Shown: piece by piece, positions 28,101 through 39,275 of the stretch
How positions within the stretch are numbered: position 1 is the stretch's first letter
How the letters are laid out: the number at the start of each line of letters is the position of its first letter
DNA from: Octopus bimaculoides
Lineage: Eukaryota
NCBI RefSeq assembly: GCF_001194135.2
Contig: NC_068983.1
Span: forward strand, 37,435,693 to 37,499,692
Reading direction: 5' to 3'
Length of the DNA: 64,000 nucleotides
Notes under the pieces: generated by a model
What the model saw: the letters and a program-made list of their open reading frames with translations, nothing else
What the model was told of the DNA's origin: nothing
Databases searched by the model: none
Made by a program: the position numbers and the translations under genes

Positions 28101-29068
28101 ACGCATACACACACACTACCAAATCCACTTGCCAGCCTTTGGTCAACTTCGGGTGATATTAAAAACACCTGCCAAGGTGCCACTCAGTGAGATTGAACAC
28201 GAAATCATAAATAAACCAAAAGGTAAATAATGGTTTTACATTTTAGCACAAGGCCAGCAATTTTGCGAGAAGGGATGGGTTGATTACTTCAACCCTAGTG
28301 GTACTTAATTTATTGGCCCTAAAAGGATGAAATGCAAAGTCAACCTTGGTGGAATTTGAACTCAGAACATAAAGATAGATGAGATGCTGCTAGGCATTTT
28401 TCCCGGCGTGCTAATGATTCTGCCAGCTTGCCACCTTAGTGATAACGATAATCCCTTATACTATAGGTACAAAGCCTGAAATTTTTTAAGGGAGAGGACC
28501 AGTCAAATACATTGACCCTAATGCTCAACTGGTACCTATTTTATCAACCCTAGAAGGGTGAAAGGTAAAGTCAATCTCAGGAATTTCAACTCAGAACATG
28601 ATGTGTCGGAAGAAATACTGCTAAGCATTATGTCCAATGTGCTAACAGTTCTGCCAGCTCACTAATTTAATAATAATAATAGTAATAATTCTTTCTAATT
28701 TTGGCATAAGGTCAGCGATTTTGAGGGGAGAGGGCAAGAAGATTCAGTACTTGACTGTTACTTTATTGATTCTGAAATGATGCAATGCAAAGTTGACTCT
28801 GGCAAGATTTGAACTCAGACCAGAAGATGAAATGTTTGGCAGCATTTCATCTCCTGTGCTAACGATTCTGTCAGCTCAACTTCTTCAATAATAATAATGA
28901 CGATAATATGTTCAGATTTTCTACTGGTACTTATTTTATTGACCCCAAAAGGATGAAAGGTAAAGACAGCCTTGGTAGAATTTGAACTCAGAATGCAAAG
29001 ATGGATAAAGTGCCACTAAGCATTTTATCTGACATTCTAATGATTCTGCCAGCTCATTACCTTTTTAA

Positions 29069-29256
29069 CCCTTTCATTACTGTATTTATTTTGAGATGCT
29101 AAGAATTTAGTAAAATAGCTTAGTTATCATTCAGCTAGTGTTAGGAACATAAATTGTGACTAAAGTTTGGTGGAAGATTTTAATTCAGAACTTTTGCAAA
29201 CAAGACATTTGTACTCAGAGTCAGAGCCAGTTTCAGCTGGGTTAGCATCAAAAGGG
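29069..29256. mobile_element. piggyBac-type MITE (TTAA TSD)
   Basis: TTAA|CCCTTT...AAAGGG|TTAA, 188 bp, same family as 29288-29508. Confidence 0.8.
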
Positions 29257-29287
29257 TTAAGAATTGTTTCTCTATTATATATTTTAA

Positions 29288-29508
29288 CACTTCTGTTACC
29301 ATATTTCTGTTGAGATGTTTTGTGTTTCTTTCAATTAATTTTAAATATAACAAAGAATTTAGTAAAATAACTTAGTTATCATTAAACTAGTGTTAGGAAC
29401 ATAAATTATGAGTAAGGTTTGGTGGAAGATTTTAATTCAAAACTTATGAAAACAAAACATTTGTACTCAGAGCTAGAGCTGGTTTCAGTCGGGTTGGTAA
29501 TGAAAGGG
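29288..29508. mobile_element. piggyBac-type MITE (TTAA TSD)
   Basis: TTAA|CACTTCTGTTACC...GGTAATGAAAGGG|TTAA. The interior is homologous to 29069-29256 and to 31409-31860 in reverse orientation. Confidence 0.75.
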
Positions 29509-29850
29509 TTAATAATAATGTTTTCAAATCTTGAGTCAAGACCAGCAGATTTAAAGAAAGGGGTTTAGTCAATTACATCAACCCTAATGCTCAGCTGGTG
29601 CTTATTTTATCAACACCAAAAGGATGAAAGACTAGTGATCTTGGCAGTATTTGAACTCAGAATGTAAAGAGCTGGATGAAATTTCACTATGTATTTTGTC
29701 CAACACAGTAACAATTCTGCTGGCTCACCATCTTCAATAATAATATATAAAAATGTTATTGATCCAAAGTAAATAATGATTTTTATCATGAGAATGTGAT
29801 CTTTAGTTTGTCAAAAAGATGTCTAGTCTAGACAATTGAATTTATCTTAA

Positions 29851-29999
29851 CATTTTATTTCCATTATCTGAACATTATATTTTCATTATCTGAAAAATTA
29901 TATTGTCATTATCTGAACATGCTATATTCATTATCCAAACATTCTATTGTCATTATCTAAACGTTATATTTTCATTATCTAAACATTATATTTTCATTA
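29851..29999. repeat. Minisatellite, ~22-bp unit, ~7 copies
   Basis: CATTATATTTTCATTATCT(G/A)AA repeated with variation. Confidence 0.85.
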
Positions 30000-30904
30000 G
30001 AGCAAGTTTTCTTTGAGACAAAAATAGTTTTTTGTATTTTCCCCAATAATATGATTCTTTGATTGAAATAAATTGATCCACTTATGCTTTCATTTTCTTT
30101 CATTTCTATTAATTTTTTAAAATTTTAGATTTAATTTTTCAGAGATTTTCTATTTATAAATGCATAAAATAAATTCCACTTAAAAATATCCATTCAAGTT
30201 GAAAAAAGAAAATACATTATTCAACCAGATTTTTTAGGTTCCCTACTCAAATGCCATCGATTAGCGACAATTTATTGTTGACGTCATACTAAGTCTTACA
30301 GATCAGAGGTTTCACCTTCCTTCTCACACATGAGTCAATGCAAAATCTTCTATGGTTGCTTTATTTAGCAACCAAAAATGCATTGAAAAAAATCATTACT
30401 ATATTTAGAATGGGGGAAACCATATATTATCACAAATCTTGGATGATGACAAATTTAATTAATAATACAGCATTTTACTTAATCAGTTAACATTTTACTT
30501 AATCAGTTACTAATTTATCATGGGTGTTGGCCTGATCAAAGCCTGCTAGGACTGCTCAAAAAAACATTTCCGAAAGATCTCGTTCAGAGTTCATTCTGGT
30601 ATTGCTGGTTAGTAGTGATGGTGGTAGCAGCTGCAGTGGTGTTGTTGGTGGTGGTGGTGTTGTTGTTGGTGGTGGTGATAGTAGTTATCTAACCCTGGGC
30701 TAAACAACAGCTGCCTATTGGTCGTTTCATTTATTGTCTCTTGTGCTAAACTTTGATTACCATTGCGCTCAAATAAACATGGTGATGAAGGGAACCTCAT
30801 TTGACCAGCTAGAAATAGCAACAAAATCTCACTCAAATCACACCCTGCCTTCAAACTTTTGCATAGCAAAGTTATAAATAACATATTTTAATATACCACA
30901 TAAA

Positions 30905-31357
30905 GAGCACTCGTGCCAGTGCCATGTAAAAGCACCCTTGGTGGCACATGTAAAAAGCACCTTTGCTGACACCATGTAGAAGCCTCTATGCTGGTGCTAT
31001 GTAAAGGCACCTATGTCGGTGCCACATAGAAAGTACTTGTGCCAGTGCCACATAAAAGCATTCATGCTGGCGCTAATGTAAAAGCACCCACACAGGTGCC
31101 ACATAGAAAACACCTGTGCCAGTATCACATAAATAGCACCTGTGTTGGTGCCATGTAAGAATCACCAATACCAGCACCACGTAAAAGCATCCAGTACACT
31201 CAGTAAAGTTGTTGACATTAGGAAGGGCATCCAACTGTAGAGACCATGCCAAAACAGATGACTGGTGCCTGGTATAGCAACTTCTGGCTTGCCAGCTCCT
31301 GTCAAACCATCTAACCCATGCCAGCATGGGGAATAGACACAAAGTGATGATGATGAT
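30905..31357 (+). mobile_element. Older RTE-type 3' end element with an 11-unit stem-loop tandem array
   Basis: About 25-bp units of consensus GGTGCCAYRTAAAAGCACC (30913-31192), then the standard AGGAAGGGCATCC...CCATGCCAGCATGG...(GAT)n tail. Confidence 0.75.
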
Positions 31358-34300
31358 TTTACAGGATGCTCAAGCATTAGTAGATTTTCTGATGCTCGTT
31401 TGTTTTAACCCTTTTGTTACCAACCTGCTTGAGAGCACCCCATGTTTCTATGACAGTGTTCCTGTTTTAAAGTGATTTAAGTTAAAATCCTCCATTAAAA
31501 TTTTATGTTAATTTATGTTATAAACACCAGCTTAATAATGACAAGTTCATTTTACTAAAGTCTTTGTTATTTTAAAAAGTAATTGAAACAAAGGCAGTAT
31601 ATTTCTCTCCTTGTCTCTCTTTTTTTTTTCTCTTTTTTCTCTCCTTGTCTCTCTTTTTTTTTTCTCTCTTTTTTCTCTCCTTGTTTCTTTCTGTGTTCCT
31701 TTCTGTGGAAGAGCGTAGGCTCGAAAAGTTAAAGACTTTTTCACTTCCCAAGCGTTATACTAATACATCTGTTTGTTGTCTACACCACCTGTCTTCGTCT
31801 TTTTTTTTGGGGGGGGGGTGAATTCTCCCTATATTTCAATAGAAATATGATAACAAAAGCTTTAATGTTGACTTTTCCATGCTAGCATGGATTGAATGGA
31901 GACTTGGTTGAGTTAGGACTTTTAAGGCCAGGATACTGTAAATTGTCTCGTTTTAAAAATCTGTGGTGTACCTAGACACCTCTTGCAGTGCACTGTTTGA
32001 GACCTACTGCTTTAAGTGAAGGATAAACTATATTTTTGAAGAGAGTTACAGCTATGTGAATTTGTTGGAAATCTGGATGCTGACCAAGCATCATCAGTTC
32101 TGTATCCTGTAATTAGCATTATACCTTTCATGACTAACACAGGTGCTTAAACCTTCTTGTTCAAATACAGCTGACTGTAAATATAGAAGCATGTGGAACA
32201 CTTTATTCGTAGTCTATATGAAAAGGACTTGGATTCAGTCCTGAATGCTAATGAAACCCTCTTCAATTTTACATTATGTGCATGTGTGTGTTCGTTGGTG
32301 TCTCCTTGTCTTCACATTGCATGGCAGTTGTAGATGAGTGTCTCTGTCATACAAGTGGTGTCATTCATTTTCAGTCTTCCATGGAAACATGTCTGGCCAA
32401 GGGGAAATATTACCTTACTCAGAAAGAAGTGAGAATTAGTGGCAGGAAGGGCTCCTGGTTGTAAAAAAATCTGTCCCAGTGAATTCCATCTGACCCATGC
32501 ATGCATTGAAAAGCAGGCATTAAAACAACAATGATGATAATGATGAAAAGGAGGAGGATGATAATGGCTATGGTGGCCAATAAATTATTTTCCTTTCTGA
32601 AAAGGGTTACATTGGGAGTGGGTGGGGGTGATTTGAGGAAGATTTCACTGCTACTGTTAATGCAGATAATGTTTACTTTAAAACATTCGCCTGAGCTCTT
32701 TTGAAAAGGTTACCTTTTATCCCTGTCAACCTTCATCTCTATCCTCCTCCTCCCCCTCCTGCTCCTTGTTTTCAGAGCAAATATAAATTAACACACTCCA
32801 TCCACAGAAATGAACATAATTAGGTTATTGTAATTTAACAAGATAGATTATGACACATCCAAAAGGAATGTTATTTCTGACCATGATAGTTGCATTTTGA
32901 AGCATCTCTTTCCCAAACACTTACTTGCCAAAATATATTTGGTAACTCACCGGTCAAACCTGGTAAATAAATATTAAATCAACCTTCTGTCTTTTCACTT
33001 TTCATACCTTGCCATTAGTGAAAGTGTATTTCACTTAGACCCTGCCTTCAGTTATCGTTGCAAATTGTAGTGTTATGGGATCTGACTGAGTGTTTCAAGG
33101 TATTAAGTGATTGAGGTATAATTCATTCTCCTGAGACAGGACACCATGAATCATCTCGCATTTAAACTGGCCAATATCTAACCCAAATATCCTACATGTT
33201 TCTAAGTTCAAACTTGCCAGAACCAGCCTCGTATACCTATCCTACAATGCCTTTCTAAAAATAAATAATCACATCATCTAAATGTCTGAGTTGAATGACT
33301 CATTCAAAACAATGTAAATAAATAGGAATTACATTCGACAGAATAATCTGAATACTAAAGAGTTAAACAATCCTCTTGTAGATTGTCGTTATTTTATAGC
33401 CCTTGGTCAGTCCAGATCAAGCAGAACTATAAGCAAAAGCATCCCAACCACAACCATCCCCTGTCATCCTGTATTTTTGTACATCAGGGAATACATTGTT
33501 TTGTTTATCCTTCTTTATATGAGAGTTTATTTTTGTGATTTGAGTGAGGTTTAGTTGTTATTTCTAGCAGATCAAATAACCATGTAAATACTTCCTTTTG
33601 TAAGTTTTACTTATGGGAATAGTAGAGCTGACAAAACACTTGTTAATGACGCAGTATTTCAGTTATTAATGTAGACAATATAGTATAGGATTTGACTGAA
33701 ATAAACAAAAGATAAAACTCATGAAGAAAATGCTGATTTCTTGTATATAACTAAGTAAATAAGTCTAATGAAGTCTTCTTAATCAGTAAAAATGTTTCTT
33801 TGATGGAAAATTATGAAGAATATAGAACATAATGGTTGTTGTGTTCTTTTATTTTACTCTGAGTGACAGTTTGTAATGATAAATGAAGACAGCTACTATG
33901 ATAAATACATATTTTAATAGTCAATCTGGAGTCATTCCTGTGATTCAGATTTAGCAACCATTGCAAATTCTGAAGACTAAAATAAAGATAAATTTCCGTT
34001 TCATTAAAAATACAAAAAGAAATTGTATTATTTTTGAGAGGGAAATTTCATATAAGTGCTATTAAATGTAACCTGATATGTATTATATAATGAAAATAAG
34101 ACTGTCTCTTTTAAATACGGAATGAAAAAAATGTTTCGGGAATAATTTTTGTGAGGTAAAATTTCTTATAGGTGCTATTAAATGTAAATTGATATGAAAT
34201 TTATAATTGAAATAACAGAATTATGTAGCAGCAACATTTTGAAGAAATGATTATTATTTTAATGGTGGAATTGTTAGAATATTAAGTCATCTCTTGAAGT

Positions 34301-36141
34301 CATTCTTGTATCTGCTTCAGTCACCTCATTCAGCTGCCAGCTTTGCTTCCCAGTTTAAATGTATCACAGTAACAAGAGACACCAATAGAAATACACATTC
34401 TTGAATAATTCATACAGTTTCAAATATTTCCAGAAGAGTTCAATTAAAAATAGGAAAGTAGTCATGGCTATAAGCATGGCTGTGTGGGTAAGGAGCTTTC
34501 TTTGTAACCATGTGATTTCAGGTTCAGTCCCACTGTACAGCATATTGACTTTCTTCCTCCCTCCAATTGCTGGCATTGTGCAAAAATTTGAAACCTATAG
34601 TTTTCATTATTCTCCAGGCATCTTTTCTAGTCTAACACAGAATTATTGGAGGTTGAGTAAAAAGTGTTTTGTGGTTTTTGTTCTGAGTCTTTATGTTCCA
34701 AGATGAAATCCCACTGGGATCCTTTCATCATCCCACATTTCCTTTCATCTGCCCTGGGATCAATAAAGTAAACTACCAGTGGAAATGAACAGCATTGATT
34801 GTATGATGTTGACATTCATTTACAACCATCACATGATGTCAAAACAGGGCTACACACAAACACACACCTATATACAATGTACTTCTTTCAGTTTCTATTC
34901 ATATACTCACGAGGCCTTGGTTGAACCAGGACTATAGTTCTATTATAACCCAAGGTCAACTAAAGCCCAAGGTGCCATTCAGTGGGAGTGAACCAAAGAC
35001 CATACAAACAGAAAACAAGCTTCTTAACCACACAGCCACAATAATCCTTTCTACTCTAAGCACAAAGCCTGAAATTTGTGGGAGGGGTATAGTCGATTAC
35101 ACTAACCCCAGTGTTTCACTGGTGCTTAATTTATCAACCCCAAAAGGTTGAAAAGCAAAGTCAACCTCAACGGAATTTGAACTCAGAACGTCAAGGCAGA
35201 CGAAATGCTGCTGAGTATTTCGCCCGGTGTGCTAACGATTCTGCCAGCTCACAGCCTTACACAGCCACAATAACAATAACAATAAGTTTAGTTTTAAGAA
35301 CATCATATTGTGATAGCTTTTGGCATCATATCCATGAAGAGAGATATCTTCTGCACTTTTAATCTTCACTTTCTAACTTAAGGAATACCTTGACATTTAT
35401 AGATGTATATGCGCTTAACAATTCTCTCTCACTGTCTCACAATATGTATATACATTCAATTTTCTGAAAGATGTTTTTCCTATGTTTATGATGACATTAG
35501 ACATGTTGTTTTGTTCACTTTGGGTTTGAGAAAATTATTTTTAGCAATTTAGATTTCCATCAATCATTAATACCAAACAGATAAAAACAAAATGTCAGGT
35601 ATGAAATGGTGGGATTAAATATCTTTTTTCATAATCTGAAGTTTAGTGATATCTGTATTTTGAATAATGTTAGAGTTTAATTTTTAGTTATTTGCCTTAA
35701 ACAGCAGTTCCCAGGGCCTCATGTGACCCTCAAACATCCTTTCAGCTGTCCTCAATCGTCTTACCTCTATAAATAAAGTAAATTTTTTTTACTAGTGTTT
35801 CACTGCATTTTTTGGTGTAACCCCTTTAAAAGATCCAGGTTTTGGATTGGGTCCGGATATTAAAGATAGTTGAGAATCAGTGTCAAATATGAGGTGCTTC
35901 AGAATTGAGGGTAAAATCCATAATGCTATGAAGTTCGTGATGACCTGTATCAGCGGTGTTTAGTGCATAAAAGAATTTATTAAGATTAATTGCTGCAATG
36001 TTTCCAACCTTTGTCCTTTATCTGGTTATCAGAAACTCTTGGACTTGTTTTAGGCTTCAAGTTATTGAGTTGGGTTCAGAATTACAAAACACCAACCAAA
36101 TAGTTATTTATATTTCATTCTTATGTCACTAGCTCTTTTAC

Positions 36142-36187
36142 CTGTCTTGAGGTATAAGCTTGTAGCGGCACAAGTAGTCACCGCCAT
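36142..36187 (-). CDS. Candidate first coding exon (MAVTTCAATSLYLKT, phase 1) of an unidentified host gene
   Basis: Minus strand reads CAAC-ATG-GCG (strong start context), 15 codons plus 1 nt, then the donor CAG|GTAAAA. I do not recognise the protein. Confidence 0.4.
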
Positions 36188-36450
36188 GTTGGATGAGATC
36201 TCACGGCAGCCACTGCCATCTCCAAGACTGGAGCGAGATCTCACCTGCATCCATTTGCCATGTGTGTGATCGCAACAAGGCTCGCGATGGCAAACTGGAT
36301 AAAACAGCCCAGTAACCAGATTCAAGCTTTTTTCCCACTGCAACCGCTAGCAGAGCACACTTCACTGGCTTGTCCTCTCGGCTAGTCTGCTTGTCGCATC
36401 TCCTGAGGCAATGGGCCCGCGTAACGGAGAACGGTGAATTCATACCACAT
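36142..36450. promoter_or_regulatory. CpG-rich island, candidate promoter and first exon
   Basis: About 14 CpGs in ~280 bp within a CpG-poor window, with no repeat-family motif I recognise. Contains a YY1-like CCGCCATGTTG, two GAGATCTCAC motifs and TCGCGA. Confidence 0.55.
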
Positions 36451-37383
36451 GAGATGGCTGCAAAAGTGTAACATACAACACCTTCATATATATTGTAAAT
36501 AAAACCTAATGGAGAACCTGCATTTTGCCTAATACTTCTTTACTCTACTGCTGGAGCCTTAGCAACACGAAGAATAAGAAATTAATGGGAGAAAGGCAAT
36601 ATTCAACCGATATCCAGAACCTTGCCTCACATTATAAGCTTAAGGGACTTCATCATGTGTACATGTACTCCTTTCACTCTATTTATATTCCCCTCTTCTT
36701 GGGCTGTGTAGAACTGATGTCATTCACTCTCACTGTTTATCCACCTCTTACCATTCATCATGCTCTAACTCCAACCCTCTCTGGTGCTGGTGCCATGAGA
36801 AAATGCTTGCAGTAGAATTAAGAAGTTTTCTTAGCTTCTTCAATGATATCATAGCTTCCCTAGTGCTGGTATCACAAAAAAATACTCTCAGTTCACTCTG
36901 TAAAGTGGTTGGCATTAAGAAAGTCATCCAGCTAAAGAAACTAAACCAAATATTGAAACTTGCCCTCCAATCCTTCTAGGAGGGTGGCAACAATCTGTCC
37001 AACTTATACAAGCATAGAAATTGGACATATAAACAACAATGATGGTGATGATGATGATGATAACAGCAATGATATTTGTGTTATAGTACAAGACCATTGT
37101 TATAATCTTTATTCTGCAATATTGCAGTTAATTGAGCTTTGTGGATAGTTTATCTCCATATTCCTGTCTTTTCCATCTTTGATGTACATTGTCTTAGGGA
37201 TTAAGGATTAGAACTGCTAATTCTATGACAATTAGTACAGATTTGTTCACACAAGACTTGAGTCTTGTTTTAGAGATTCAAGAAACTCGTACCAATGTTC
37301 TCTTGTTTGCTTCTGGAGATTAATACTTTGTTGACATGATTAAGACTTTCAAATATGTTGTTCCTCTCTTACTCTTTTTTTAC

Positions 37384-37740
37384 TCTTTTACTTGTTTCAG
37401 TCATTTGACTGTGGCCATGCTGGAGCACCGCCTTTAGTCAAGCAAATTGACACCGGGATTTATTCTTTGGATGCCTAGTACTTATTCTATCGGGATCTTT
37501 TGCCGAACTGTTAAGTTACAGGGACGTAAACACACCAGCATCAGACATACATATATATATATATAAACATATATACAACAGGCTTCTTTCATTTTCCGTC
37601 TACCAAATCCACTTACAAGGCTTTGGTCGGCCCGAGGCTATAGTAGAAGACACTTGCCCAAGATTCCATACCGTGAGACTGAACCCAGAACCATGTGGTT
37701 GGTAAACAAGCTACTTACCACACAGCCACTCCTGTGCCTA
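37384..37740 (-). mobile_element. tRNA-derived SINE with a central microsatellite (second family)
   Basis: Minus-strand head has A-box TGGCTGTGTGGTAAG and a B-box-like GGGTTCAGTC. Tail reads TTTTACTTGTTTCAGTCA on +. Homologues at ~6050-6290, 18730-18930, 21640-22030, 22315-22480, 22700-22820, 38020-38340, 48830-49120. Confidence 0.8.
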
Positions 37741-39099
37741 TAAATAAAACTTGAATGATTAGATTTTACTATTGCTGATTCCTTTACTATTGCCGATTCC
37801 TTTAATAATTTATTAATTCATTATTGATTGGTTTTGCAGTAATGAACTGGTATTTGTCGTTAGTTCTCTAGCCCTTGTGGGTAACCAAGGGAGTAACAAC
37901 ATAATTAGTCTTTGTGTGGAAATTTTTGTAAAGAATACACTGGATAGGTTTCCCTTTGCATGCATTCTCTGGGGTCTTCATAAAGGCAGGAACTTATTCT
38001 AACAAACATTAAGACATGTCTGTATGGTTAAGAAGCACACTTTGCACTCATATGGTTTCAGGTTCAGCCCTGCTGCACAGTACCTGGGGCAAGTGTCTTC
38101 TATTATAGCCCTGGGTCAAACAATGCCTTCCAAGTGGATATGGTAGATGAAAACTATGTATGTATGTGTGTGTGCTGGTTTGTTTACATCCCTGCAACAT
38201 AGCGGTTAGGCAAAAGAGGTCAGTAAAATTAGTAACTAGATTTTAAAAGTAAGTACTAGGGATAGTTTGATCAACTACACCCTTCAAGGTAGTACTCCAG
38301 TATGGCCACAGTTCAACGACTGAAACAAATAGAAGATAAAAGATTAGTTGTTTTTGTTGTTTAGACATAGGTCAGTACTGACTGACCAGACAATCCAGCC
38401 ATGGCTGTTGCATCTGTTTTAGCTCTAACTCTAAAGGGTTCTAGACTATATGCTGCATAAAATCTTATAAATAAAATAAAGATATATATAAATTAACTAA
38501 ATAAAGTGTCTTTTTAAAAATGATTTGAGAGGGAGATTCGGTTGATATTTCTAAAAGTTGATCAACCACATAGATTCACCATTGCTGGTTGATTAATGAT
38601 TTCATCATTTCTTACAACAATGGTGTGAACTACATTGTTCTATCCTGCATTGTCTATCAGAGTTAGATGAACTCAGCCATTGAGAGTTGTGTGTCCTGGC
38701 CATAGAAATAATGCAGATGTAAAGCATTGACTTCTCAGTTGGTTGTCCAATACATTATAAAATTCTATCGTTTATGTTGCCAATGATGACCTCTGGGACG
38801 ATTAATATTATGTTCTAAACAGAATATTTCTTCTGTCTGTTCTCATGAATGAAGTCTACAAATGTAAGTAAATGTGACTTTGAAGAGCTAACCCTTTCTC
38901 TCCATTTCTCTCTCTTTCATATTCAACAAAGTAGAAGGATGAAAATGTCTACCTTTATGGAAATGCTTCTTATCAGTTACTATTGGTGCCTTGATTTAGT
39001 CTGGATACAAATGTGCAACAGGTTCATAAATGTGCAACTTATTTATTTAAAGTTGCATTTTCTAATAGCTGTAATAACTTTTCTTATGCTTCAACCCTC

Positions 39100-39275
39100 T
39101 TCTCTCTCTCTCCCCTACTCCCTCTCTTTACTCACTCTCTCTCTCTCTCCCCTACTCCCTCTCTTTACTCTCTCTCTCTCTCTCCCCTACTCCCTCTCTT
39201 TACTCTCTCTCTCTCTCCCCTACTCCCTCTCTTTACTCTCTTCCTCTCTCTCTCTCTCTCTACTCCCTCTCTCTT
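39100..39275. repeat. Polypyrimidine minisatellite, ~31-bp unit, ~5 copies
   Basis: (CT)n-CCCCTACTCCCTCTCTTTA repeated. Confidence 0.85.

Larger units (their letters stand above)
28240..29740 (-). mobile_element. Head-to-tail stack of about five third-family SINEs with two TTAA MITEs
   Basis: GAATTTGAACTCAGAA...GATTCTGCCAGCTC is repeated at ~28350, 28580, 28800, 28980 and 29650, separated by (AAT)n. Confidence 0.75.

Noticed and set aside
30913-31192. Regularly spaced palindromic repeats resembling a CRISPR array
   Set aside because: The units are degenerate and nearly contiguous with no unique spacers, they sit inside a retroelement tail, and there are no cas genes in this eukaryotic context.
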